DNA of 63,450 nucleotides, counting the filler, from Trichomonas gallinae (lineage: Eukaryota), in NCBI GenBank assembly GCA_008369845.1. It is 7 parts of 7 records of this genome, joined end to end, with 100 filler letters (N's around TTAATTAATTAA, not from the genome) between each part and the next. Parts side by side here need not be neighbours in the genome. Positions count along the whole stretch, not along the records: positions 53,909 to 63,450 come from MRSU01000803.1; 6 more parts are not named here. The stretch is one strand, 5' to 3'. Made by a program: the position numbers and the translations under genes. Positions 54,545-63,450 of this stretch are shown here, one piece after another; the first letter of the stretch is position 1; each line of letters starts with the position of its first letter. The notes under the pieces were generated by a model. That model searched no databases, was not told the DNA's origin, and was given only the letters and a program-made list of their open reading frames with translations.

Positions 54545-57500
54545 TTAAAATGCAGATGGGATGACGGATACAGTCTTCACACCAAGTTTTGAGATCCTTG
54601 AAGCGAAAAGAACAACTTTCGCCAAAGATCCTGATGTTAAAACTCCTGGAGCCTTAACATCGCCTGCGTGGCTGAGGAGAGCCTTCTTCTGTGAGCGGAG
54701 TGACTCAATGCGATTCATTGCCCTAGCTTGTGCTGATGCAAGAATAATTAAGTCTGAAAGCTTCGTTCTGAGTTCCTCGTTTGTATCCTGCTTTGGATCA
54801 CGATCTGCAACGTTCTGATATATATCGCGTGCCCACTTCTCCCAGTCCTTGAGTGACTTGATTAACTTGACGACTTTCGGAAGATCGTCGACACTTGCGC
54901 TGTCGAGTTTCCTCTTCTGCTCGAGGATCAGCTCGAACTTCTTCTCTGCTATCGCGCGCTGCTTGTCTGAGTTGACAATTTTCTCTGCGGCCTCCTTTGC
55001 GATCGACAAAGCACAGTCGTCGCTGCCGTCGAAAACTGTCTTGACATATTTCTCGATTTGTCCGATTACGTTCGACAAAATGCCTTCATGCTTTTTCTTC
55101 TGCTCGGCCAGCTTGTTCTCACAGTCCTGCTCGAGCTTGGACTCGACGACAGCGAGCTGTGACTGCCAATAAGCGTCTTTCGCTGCTGCAATTTTCTCGA
55201 CGTTTTCGTTTGCTTGTTTCAGCCTGACTTCGAGGATCTGCTTCTCGGCCATCAATGCGCGGCCATCTGACTGATCTACTGGCTTTGAACCTGTGCCTGT
55301 TGCTTGGGCGAGTCTCTGCAAAAGACTCTGATTCTGCTGCCTTAATGCTCCCATTGAGAGCTTCTGCTTCTTGAAGGCTTCGTCGTATGTTGTGATGACT
55401 GTCCTGAGTTTCTTCTTCGCCTCACGAAGCTGGTTGATCTTGTTGTTGAGTTCTTCTTCGTGCTTGGCGATCATCTCCTTCATCTTGGCGTCTTGGTGGT
55501 CGACTTCTTCCGCGTGCGACTTTCTTTCTGTTTCGAGGACTTTCTTCATTCTCTGCTCGAATGTTTGGTCTTTCTGCTGCATGAGTGTCTCGAGAGAAGC
55601 CATCTCGTTTCTGAGGCGCTGCATCTCGCTTTCGACTTCCTCCATGTTCTTGTTCAAAGCGTTGTACTTGCTCTCGAAGTCTTCTTTTCTCGCTGTTATG
55701 TCAGCGAGTTCCTGGTTGAGTGAACGAATCTCATTGAGCTGCTTCGTTGTTGTGGCGTTTAAGTCATTGTTTCTGTCTGTGAGCTCTTCGATTGTTGCTT
55801 CGAGGTCTCCGATTTGCTTCGTTGATGTAGCTTTGTCTTCTTCGATTCTCTTCGCGAATTCTTCCGCCTGAGCGAGGAGGTCTTTCGCGCGTGTTTGAAT
55901 TGTGCCCTCGAGCTCCTTGAGTACATCGTCGATGAACTTGTGTGCGTGTGATGGAAGGTCTTCGACTGTTCCATCGTAGTTTGTGATCTCTTGGAGTTCT
56001 TTGACGAGTGAGCCTGCAACAAGAGCGTTTCTTCTGTAGATTTCTTGGATCTTTTCTACTGACTCGTCATAGTTGTTGTAGTCGAAGGCTCCGTCGGCGT
56101 CAGAGCAGGCCTTAGCACATGCGTTGAAGCTCCTGATCTTTGCGAGAAGTGTTGGGATTATCTCTTCAACTTCGCCTTCGTAGTCGATCATTTTTGCAAC
56201 AGCTGACAAACCTTCGATGAAGTTTGCGTTTTTCTCCGCAAGACGTTCACCGAGGACTCTGATGATGTTGGCGTTGGCAGACTGGAGTGCAGCTATGTCG
56301 AATGCCTCACGTTGTGCCAAATCCTTGCTGTCGTTGACGCTGTCAAGCTTCGTTTTTGCGATCGTCGGTGTGATGTCTTCGGCAGGCAGCTGGGCCTTGC
56401 TGAGCGTAATAAACGACCTGCACCTGGCGATTTCAACGAGAATCTGGTTCCTGAATGGCTCCTGGTCCATGTAGATCTCGTCTGCCTGTCCAGAAGACAA
56501 GAGGTAGAGCTGCAAAGTTCCGTTATTCGCCATTTGCGAAAGGAATCTCAGCTGGTTTTCTATCAATGTCAGAAGTCTCTTGTTCATCTCAGACATGTCT
56601 GTGTCCGCTGTTCCCTTCACCAGGCTGTCGATGACATCGAGCACGTCGTCGTTCTGCAGTTTGCCGAACCTTGGCTTGAGTATATCGAGAACTGCGTTGT
56701 AAAGAGATTCCGCGACAGGATTCGATTTCTGGCTTTCTTCCATTGATCTCTCAACGACTATTTGCTGTGTTGGGGGGTGAATAATGGTTGTATCTGTATT
56801 TCTTTCTTCATTGAGCAAATCTGCGTGTGTGTCGTAGCTCCTGACGAGCTCCATCTGCCTGTTGATGATGCTGGAGAACTTTGTTCTCGCTTCTGAAAGT
56901 TGCTTGATTTCGAGCGACTGCTCCTCGATGTGCTTGAGGGCGGCATCGAGGGCTGCCTCCAGACGAGATTTGTCGGATTTAAGGAGCTCTACTGTCTCTG
57001 GGCCTTCATTTTGGAGTTGTTCAGCCAGTTGTTCGATTTTTGTTGTGAGATCTCCGATTTGGATGCTGAACTCTTCGTTTTCAGCTCTTGTATTGTGCAT
57101 CTCTAGCTCAGTTTCATGGAGTTTCTGTCTTAATTGCTTAATTCTCTCGTTCTTTGAGTTTAATTTAGTTTGAAGACGAATGTTTGCAGCTGTTGTAGTT
57201 GCAAGCTCTTCAGTGACTGTATTGAACTGCTTCTGTAAGCGCTCTGTGTTGAAATTGTTCTGATTTGCGTTATCTTTCAAGTTACTGTTTTCATCTTTGA
57301 GTTTAAGGATCTGGCCCTTGAGTTCGCCTTCAGTATTGTCGAATTCACGCCTTGTAGCTTGTAATTTCGATATGAGAGCTGATTTATCCTTGAATAATGC
57401 ATCATTTTCCTGCTGAAGTTGCTGTATTTCCTTTCTGAGTATTTGTTCTCTCTGTTCAGCAAGTGTGTACTTGTGCTGGCATTCAGCTAGTTCTTCCTGC

Positions 57501-57919
57501 GACTTGAGAAGCTGCCTAGTGATCTTTTTGAACTCATTTACAGAGACTTTCGGCTGATCATCTGGTTTTTCTTTGTTTTCTACAGCCTTTTGCGTTGTTC
57601 CAGGCAACTGCAAAGGAGTCATAGAAGCAACGGATAATTTTGCGGATTGATAGACAAATACTGTTATTACTCTTTCTAAAGATTCACGCGTTTTTTGATT
57701 GTATTTCACGTCTCCCTCCTGAGTCATGAGAATATGCATGTGTTCTGCGATTGTTTGAAGTGGCTCTGAGTCATATGCGAGCTGTTTTAATGTTGGTGGC
57801 TCGTCATCGAAGGCCTGAGCGGCTAAACTCATCGGCTCCACGTGGAATGGGTCGGCGTCAATAATCTGTGGTAATACTTCTGAGTCGGATTCGGGAACTA
57901 AAAAGCTTTCGTCCGACAT
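54545..57919 (-). CDS. Large coiled-coil protein (1124 aa)
   Basis: Extended heptad repeats rich in E/K/Q/L. No catalytic motifs seen. Confidence 0.85.
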   Translation of the reverse strand: MSDESFLVPESDSEVLPQIIDADPFHVEPMSLAAQAFDDEPPTLKQLAYDSEPLQTIAEHMHILMTQEGDVKYNQKTRESLERVITVFVYQSAKLSVASMTPLQLPGTTQKAVENKEKPDDQPKVSVNEFKKITRQLLKSQEELAECQHKYTLAEQREQILRKEIQQLQQENDALFKDKSALISKLQATRREFDNTEGELKGQILKLKDENSNLKDNANQNNFNTERLQKQFNTVTEELATTTAANIRLQTKLNSKNERIKQLRQKLHETELEMHNTRAENEEFSIQIGDLTTKIEQLAEQLQNEGPETVELLKSDKSRLEAALDAALKHIEEQSLEIKQLSEARTKFSSIINRQMELVRSYDTHADLLNEERNTDTTIIHPPTQQIVVERSMEESQKSNPVAESLYNAVLDILKPRFGKLQNDDVLDVIDSLVKGTADTDMSEMNKRLLTLIENQLRFLSQMANNGTLQLYLLSSGQADEIYMDQEPFRNQILVEIARCRSFITLSKAQLPAEDITPTIAKTKLDSVNDSKDLAQREAFDIAALQSANANIIRVLGERLAEKNANFIEGLSAVAKMIDYEGEVEEIIPTLLAKIRSFNACAKACSDADGAFDYNNYDESVEKIQEIYRRNALVAGSLVKELQEITNYDGTVEDLPSHAHKFIDDVLKELEGTIQTRAKDLLAQAEEFAKRIEEDKATSTKQIGDLEATIEELTDRNNDLNATTTKQLNEIRSLNQELADITARKEDFESKYNALNKNMEEVESEMQRLRNEMASLETLMQQKDQTFEQRMKKVLETERKSHAEEVDHQDAKMKEMIAKHEEELNNKINQLREAKKKLRTVITTYDEAFKKQKLSMGALRQQNQSLLQRLAQATGTGSKPVDQSDGRALMAEKQILEVRLKQANENVEKIAAAKDAYWQSQLAVVESKLEQDCENKLAEQKKKHEGILSNVIGQIEKYVKTVFDGSDDCALSIAKEAAEKIVNSDKQRAIAEKKFELILEQKRKLDSASVDDLPKVVKLIKSLKDWEKWARDIYQNVADRDPKQDTNEELRTKLSDLIILASAQARAMNRIESLRSQKKALLSHAGDVKAPGVLTSGSLAKVVLFASRISKLGVKTVSVIPSAF

Positions 57920-58007
57920 TGTTTATTTTTTTCTTAAATTTTTAAACGGACAACATTTCACGAATTTTATTGGCAAAAATTTATTTACATGACAAAAATT
58001 CGTTTAA

Positions 58008-58241
58008 GGGACGATTCTAACCGTTTTTGTAAACTACCACAACTCGATATCTACAATATATTTTGAAAATTCTAAGCGACAATATATTGCATTAATGTAT
58101 ATATATTATATGACTCATAAAAAACATATATCAGAAAAATATTTCTGAAGATATTCATGGATTTATTTATTTAGAAAAGGTGACAAATTTGATCACCTCA
58201 TAGAATCAATTGATAGTTTACAAAACGGTTAGAACGTTCCC
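58008..58241. mobile_element. MITE-like element (234 bp), ~28-bp terminal inverted repeats, TTAA-type flank (Kolobok-like)
   Basis: Left TTAA|GGGACGATTCTAACCGTTTTTGTAAACTA. Right TAGTTTACAAAACGGTTAGAACGTTCCC|GTAA. AT-rich non-coding interior. Confidence 0.7.
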
Positions 58242-58845
58242 GTAAGAAAAAATTATCTGCCGGACAATGTTGCGATATCATTTATAGTTTACGTGTAAAA
58301 TTTGTCAAGTAATTTTTATTCAATTTTTTGTCACCTGAATGATAGCGCTATCATTGTCCTAGTTTCATTTGGTTTCAATTGTACGCTTCAGAAGACCGTC
58401 TTATGTGCATGTAAAATGTCATAATTCGCATTTACAAAGATAATAGAATGTAGAATAATCATTTCTAAATCATTATTTTTATGATGATAATGTGTCATGC
58501 TATTTGACATGTAAAATATTTTAAATTATGAGTGAGAATTGAATTTTAATATCAATAAAAACATCTGTTCTGATTGACTCAGGATCGTTGGACTATGGAC
58601 TGGGTTGTAAGTGCAACAAAGCACTGTGCCAAGTGACGCCACGAGACGCTGAGAAATTCCAACATCAATCTGTTTACTTTTGTTGCGAATTTCGTTAAAT
58701 TTCAGGATCATGGGATATCATATTTTTGAAGATATTTAGGAGGTGGACAAATCTGTACATTGATGTTTCAATCAGCTCGTGAATTAGTTAAAGAGAGATT
58801 TTCAATGTTTTTTATATAATTAATCTTGAATAAAAAACAATGGAT

Positions 58846-60186
58846 TTAAACAGGATACACTTTGGAGAGGATGTTTTGAGAATATTCTGAGAAAGAATTT
58901 TCAAGTTCTATAAATGATTCTAAATTGTCAAGAATTTGCTGGTTATTTCTAATATGGTCACATATTGATGGAAAATGCAAAATTAAATTGATTGAACTCA
59001 AAATACTAATAATTTCTTGTTCATATTGAGAATCAAGCGCTTCAACAATATATGATTCAACAGATGAAAACAAATTTAATGATGCAGCCTCGTCAAATTT
59101 TTGAGCATTGAAGAGAATAAAAGATAAATTATATAATCTTGTTTGGAAAGGAAGAAATTCATGTATTTGTATACATTGCTGAATTATATTTGATTGCATA
59201 ATCAAATCTGGTCTGTTTTTTGAAATGTGAAATAATATTTCAAAAACATACTTTTGATACTTATTTTCTCTATGGACGATATCTGTCATCAAATAATGTA
59301 TGATATCAATTGGAATATTGTTTGCATCATCATGTTTCAACAGATTCAAATAACATCCCATAATAGATGTCGCATTCATTGGATTAGCTTCTGTTAGTGA
59401 GTTAATTATAATGTCTCTAATATTATTTTGCATGCAAATATGGAATAAATCATTGTTTTCAAGAAAATATGAAAATGTTTTGAATAAACTGTCTATTATC
59501 TCTAAGTCCATATTTCTTTTGAAAAGCATCATCAGTTTTGGGATTATATCGATGAAAAGCAATATATCATTAGAATTCGTATTTTCACAAATAATAACAA
59601 GAAGTTGAGTAAGTGATTTGACGTAAGCAAGTCTTTCCTCGAATGTTTCATCTATTTCCGATAAATAAACATCATCTAAACTAAAGAATTTTTGAATTAA
59701 ATGAGATTCAAAATTATTTTGATGTAAATTCGAAAACACTGTATGGGCAATTATGGGATCCAAAAGTAAATTAATGAGAAGATTTAAAGCAGTCTCTCCA
59801 TAAGAATAATGATATTTTTCATCAATAAACAAGATGAACCGTAGAAATTGAACAGAGTGGAGGGATGTTTGCTCAAGTATGTTCGAAAACGACATTCTAA
59901 TTAAAAATTTCAATTTTTGATTGATGATTTGAATGTTTGAGTTCGAATATAATGATTCGATTATTTTATCACATATTCCTAGACTTATCGCATCGTTTGG
60001 AGTGATTTTTTCTATTATTTTTTGTAATTTAATGCATCCTCGAAGATTTAAATCTGTTTTATCTGAATTCATAAACTCTAAAGCCAAAGCAATAGACTTG
60101 TCATGTTTTATATACGAAATAGTTGATTCTTCTTCAACATGAGTCTGTTTTTCATTGGATTCAATTGGTTCATTAATTTTCAACAT
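58846..60186 (-). CDS. ARM/HEAT-like alpha-solenoid hypothetical protein (446 aa)
   Basis: Leu/Ile-rich amphipathic helical pattern throughout. Confidence 0.7.
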   Translation of the reverse strand: MLKINEPIESNEKQTHVEEESTISYIKHDKSIALALEFMNSDKTDLNLRGCIKLQKIIEKITPNDAISLGICDKIIESLYSNSNIQIINQKLKFLIRMSFSNILEQTSLHSVQFLRFILFIDEKYHYSYGETALNLLINLLLDPIIAHTVFSNLHQNNFESHLIQKFFSLDDVYLSEIDETFEERLAYVKSLTQLLVIICENTNSNDILLFIDIIPKLMMLFKRNMDLEIIDSLFKTFSYFLENNDLFHICMQNNIRDIIINSLTEANPMNATSIMGCYLNLLKHDDANNIPIDIIHYLMTDIVHRENKYQKYVFEILFHISKNRPDLIMQSNIIQQCIQIHEFLPFQTRLYNLSFILFNAQKFDEAASLNLFSSVESYIVEALDSQYEQEIISILSSINLILHFPSICDHIRNNQQILDNLESFIELENSFSEYSQNILSKVYPV

Positions 60187-60447
60187 TCATTCAAGAAAAA
60201 TGATCTGAAATATGGCATTATTTTGCATAACTATATATAATTCCTATAGAATTTCATTATATAATAATTTTGACAATTTTGTCTTGTAAAAATTTACACA
60301 ACAAATTTCACGAAAAAGATTAAAACTCAAGATGTAAAGGAGATCAAAGCATTCTTGCGTGAATAGATTGTTGCTTGTATTGTTTTGAAAAATATTTATG
60401 AAAAACAAAACATATTTTTCATATTTTATTATAAACATTGAATTTTG

Positions 60448-61140
60448 TTATTGTCTTGGATACTGTATATTCATACGTGCTAGTCTTTCTACAAAGAACC
60501 TTCTGAGAGCTTGAAGAGTCTCATTTGTAAGATCACTAACATCGATAGTAGCTTTGTCTTTTGCAACTAAGTAATTTGGCTGGTATGACTTAATAATAGA
60601 AGTAATGGCACGAACATCTTCCTCGCTTTTGAAATATTGTGAAAAGCGAACAAAAGTGTTCAATTCTTCTTCGCTAAACGGCTTATCAGCTCCAAGCTCC
60701 TTGTTCTTGTCGAAAGGAGCATGAGCGATGACAATTGATGGAGGAAAATTCAGAATTTCGTCGATCTTTTTATCGAAGTGGACAACAGCTGACGTCCATT
60801 TGGATGTTCTGCATCTCAAGTGAATATCAACGTATTTCTTAAATAAAGCTTCCATTTCTTCAGCAACAATTCGGTAAAATTCATTGTTCGGATGCAATTT
60901 CCTAACAATTGTGAAAACTGTATTGACATCCTTCTCCCATTGGGATATTGTTGTATATTTATTGTTTGCAAGTTTATCTCTTGCATATTTTAATCCCATA
61001 CATTGCTTTTTGAAGTCATATTCTTTCTCTAGGGAGCTGACGTTGCCGATTTCGATGAACTGCTTCGAAATGGGGTGATGCATTAAGGAATCCATTGCAT
61101 CTAGACAGCACTGCCTCGACAATGGGCTGAATCTCGTCAT
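60448..61140 (-). CDS. Divergent bromodomain plus ET-like domain protein
   Basis: CLDAMDSLMHHPISKQF, MGLKYARDKLANNKYTTISQWEKDVNTVF, and C-terminal IDVSDLTNETLQAL. GTCACTTTTCATA precedes the ATG at 61140. Confidence 0.8.
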   Translation of the reverse strand: MTRFSPLSRQCCLDAMDSLMHHPISKQFIEIGNVSSLEKEYDFKKQCMGLKYARDKLANNKYTTISQWEKDVNTVFTIVRKLHPNNEFYRIVAEEMEALFKKYVDIHLRCRTSKWTSAVVHFDKKIDEILNFPPSIVIAHAPFDKNKELGADKPFSEEELNTFVRFSQYFKSEEDVRAITSIIKSYQPNYLVAKDKATIDVSDLTNETLQALRRFFVERLARMNIQYPRQ

Positions 61141-61471
61141 TATGAAAAGTGACATCACATTATTTTCAATTTAAATTTTTCTTCAATAACAGTATCAACA
61201 TGTCATCGATATTCTATTTTTATAGTTTTTGGCAAAAAAGTTAAAAATTTTGAATCAAATAATTAATTCTTAGCCGTTTTATTGTTAAATATCGTTATAT
61301 TATTACATAAATAATTAATTTCTAACCTAATTTTTGAATTTTATTAACTTAATCAAATTTCTCAATAATATACCATAGAAAGCTGATCAAATTTAATTGA
61401 AAAAGGATATTTTGGATATAATTGGACTGATTCCTAAAAGAGTGAAAAATGTGAACGTTTAAAAATTCATA

Positions 61472-61987
61472 ATGTTTCGCAGAGCCAAGAAAATTGATCT
61501 TAATTCTCTGGATAAATACACGAATGGCGAACTTTTGGCATATTGCAAATCGAATAGAATACCAATCACGCCAAATCCAACAAGAGAACAAATAATTGCA
61601 GCGATTAACTCAACTCCTGTTACAGAATTTTCAAATAAAATACCACCATCATCTACACCACGTGATTTTAGAGATGATGAACCTGAAATTCAGACACCAA
61701 AACCATTTTTCTTCCCAGAAGATTATCAGCCAACTCCAATTTTCTCTAACAAAAACTATGAATACGATAAAATGTGGGAGAGAAAACTTAGGAGACAAAA
61801 CAGAAAATATAAAGACACATTTCCATCACATCCGGGTCAAATCTCACCTTCTATTAAAGAATTATCGAGATTAGAGAGCCAAGGAAGAGTTTCGTCGAAA
61901 AGAAAAATCAATTACAGTCTTTACATTGAAGCAATTGTTTTCATTTTTATAATTGCTTTCTTCATTTGGTTTTTCATGAAATTTTAA
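61472..61987 (+). CDS. HeH/LEM-like N-terminal domain plus C-terminal transmembrane anchor (171 aa)
   Basis: LDKYTNGELLAYCKSNRIPITPNPTREQIIAAI helix-extension-helix pattern, basic clusters and a terminal hydrophobic helix. Confidence 0.65.
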   Translation: MFRRAKKIDLNSLDKYTNGELLAYCKSNRIPITPNPTREQIIAAINSTPVTEFSNKIPPSSTPRDFRDDEPEIQTPKPFFFPEDYQPTPIFSNKNYEYDKMWERKLRRQNRKYKDTFPSHPGQISPSIKELSRLESQGRVSSKRKINYSLYIEAIVFIFIIAFFIWFFMKF

Positions 61988-62088
61988 TGCATTGTTTGTT
62001 GTATTTAATATAAAATGTTATCTTTTTTTTCCTATTTCGCTTGTAAAAAAAATTGAATTTTGATAACACATAAATACATACAAATTTA

Positions 62089-63120
62089 TTAAATCCGATT
62101 AATAATGGATGATATAGGTCGATCAGTATTAGGAATAAGGGCTCCTTCAACGAATAAATCGTCAAAATATGGTAATTTCAAGCATTCTTGAGCAGTTATT
62201 CTTTTCGATGGGTTATATACAAAAATACGCTTCAACAATGCAATGAGCTGCGAATTAGCAGTTTTTGGCAAAAGATTTTCGAGATGTAAAGATTGCTTAA
62301 GAGGTGTTGCGATTTTTTCTGTATGAGGGAAGGAATTGAGATCGGACTCAGTTGGTGGACCGAGTACCTTCATTATAGGAATAATTTGCCCAATTCCAGC
62401 TTCTCCTTCGAAAAGCACGTCACCCATCCTAAGAATCTCAGCAATAACACAACCTGCTGCCCATATATCGATAGCACCTGTATATTGCTCACATCCAAGA
62501 ATTAATTCTGGTGCTCGATAATATCTTGAAGCTATGTAGGAAACACTTTTATCACCAGGTTGAATAACCTTAGCTGAACCGAAATCAGTGAGTTTCAGCT
62601 TCCCAGTTAAAGGATTTAGCAACATATTTTCAGGTTTGATGTCTCTGTGAACGATACCTTTGGTATGCAAGTATTTTAATCCAGAGAACATCTGGTACAC
62701 TAGTAATTTAAGCATTGAGTTTCCTATTCTTTTTGTTTGTTCTCTTAATTTCATTGTGTATGAGTGAATTGAGTATGGAAAATAGTCCATAACAATGTTG
62801 AGGTATACACTTTTACCATTATTCTTCTTAGTCATGAAGTAATCAAGCAATCTTATGCAATATCTAGACTGAAGTTGTTTTAAAATATCTAATTCTCGGT
62901 TTTTATACCTAGAATCCTGCAGGACACGCTTAATGGCAACGATCTTACCACCACTAGCTTTAGCTCGATAGACAGAACCAAAAGTTCCAGTTCCTATTAA
63001 TCTCATTCCAACGTATTTCTTTCTTTTTGATGGCGATTTTTGTCGATGATGCTGTTTGCCAGAGGATTTCTTCTTCACAGGTGGCTGTTGCATCACCCTC
63101 CTACGAGAAGAAGCCTCCAT
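62089..63120 (-). CDS. GSK3: GSK3-family CMGC protein kinase (343 aa)
   Basis: GTGTFG, AIKRVLQDSRYKNREL, HRDIKPEN, DFGSAK and SYIASRYYRAPEL. Confidence 0.93.
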   Translation of the reverse strand: MEASSRRRVMQQPPVKKKSSGKQHHRQKSPSKRKKYVGMRLIGTGTFGSVYRAKASGGKIVAIKRVLQDSRYKNRELDILKQLQSRYCIRLLDYFMTKKNNGKSVYLNIVMDYFPYSIHSYTMKLREQTKRIGNSMLKLLVYQMFSGLKYLHTKGIVHRDIKPENMLLNPLTGKLKLTDFGSAKVIQPGDKSVSYIASRYYRAPELILGCEQYTGAIDIWAAGCVIAEILRMGDVLFEGEAGIGQIIPIMKVLGPPTESDLNSFPHTEKIATPLKQSLHLENLLPKTANSQLIALLKRIFVYNPSKRITAQECLKLPYFDDLFVEGALIPNTDRPISSIINRI

Positions 63121-63428
63121 TTTTATACAAAATTTCCAGACAAAATACTCGTTTATAAATTTTTTATTTCACTGTTTGGAGCTGAAAAATGGAATGCATA
63201 TAGTTAAATAAGTTTAAATACAAAATATTAGGCCAAAATCTCGAGGTCTTATTTGATTGACAAAATTTCATGGAAAATATTGGATTTTGGAACTTCTAAC
63301 ATTGAAAAGCTGCATCGACATATAATTCTAAACTGAACACAAAATGCAAACAAAGTAAATCACATTCGACAAAAATGTCCCCCGGAGGTTTGTACGTTAT
63401 AAAAAAGCTCACTTTTTCGGCCTCGGTC

Positions 63429-63450
63429 ATGGTTATCGCCGCTGTTCTCA
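63429..63450 (+). CDS. Probable start of a gene running off the window (MVIAAVL...)
   Basis: Inr-like TCACTTT at 63409 followed by ATG and high-expression-type codons. Confidence 0.4.

Noticed and set aside
54561..57462. Numerous antisense/overlapping ORFs inside the coiled-coil gene (likewise within HECT, MATE, SEL1, cyclase, BspA, CCT3)
   Set aside because: Shadow ORFs expected from codon bias of the real gene; no independent motifs.

Overview
AT-rich, gene-dense, apparently intron-free eukaryotic DNA in the standard genetic code. The gene content points to a trichomonad (Trichomonas sp., Parabasalia): BspA-like LRR surface proteins, GP63, a transmembrane adenylate cyclase, DUF3447-ankyrin, an initiator-binding-domain protein, and TCA(Y) Inr and CCTTT/AAAGTGAC-type core promoter motifs. 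The window is seven contigs joined by six artificial 100-nt N spacers containing TTAATTAATTAA, so adjacency across gaps is unverified. It holds tRNA-Leu(AAG), about 26 intact ORFs, four conserved genes truncated at gaps (RPL11, CCT3, beta-tubulin, histone H2A) and several disrupted BspA copies. Most notable observations: (1) a canonical palindromic E2F site upstream of histone H2A and paired E2F-like sites elsewhere; (2) a recurrent upstream TTTGACATGTAAA / TG(A/T)CA motif, including an 8-copy array in a bidirectional promoter; (3) a TTAA-flanked Kolobok-like MITE whose inverted repeats carry Myb-type sites; (4) a palindrome with GCGAAGC mini-hairpins; (5) a ~111-bp tandem array ahead of CCT3; (6) divergent candidates for TFIIH p62, IST1 and an emerin-like HeH-TM protein; (7) three probable pseudo-enzymes or readers; (8) a gap-bounded island of orphan ORFs. 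All family assignments come from motif recognition by eye, not database searches.
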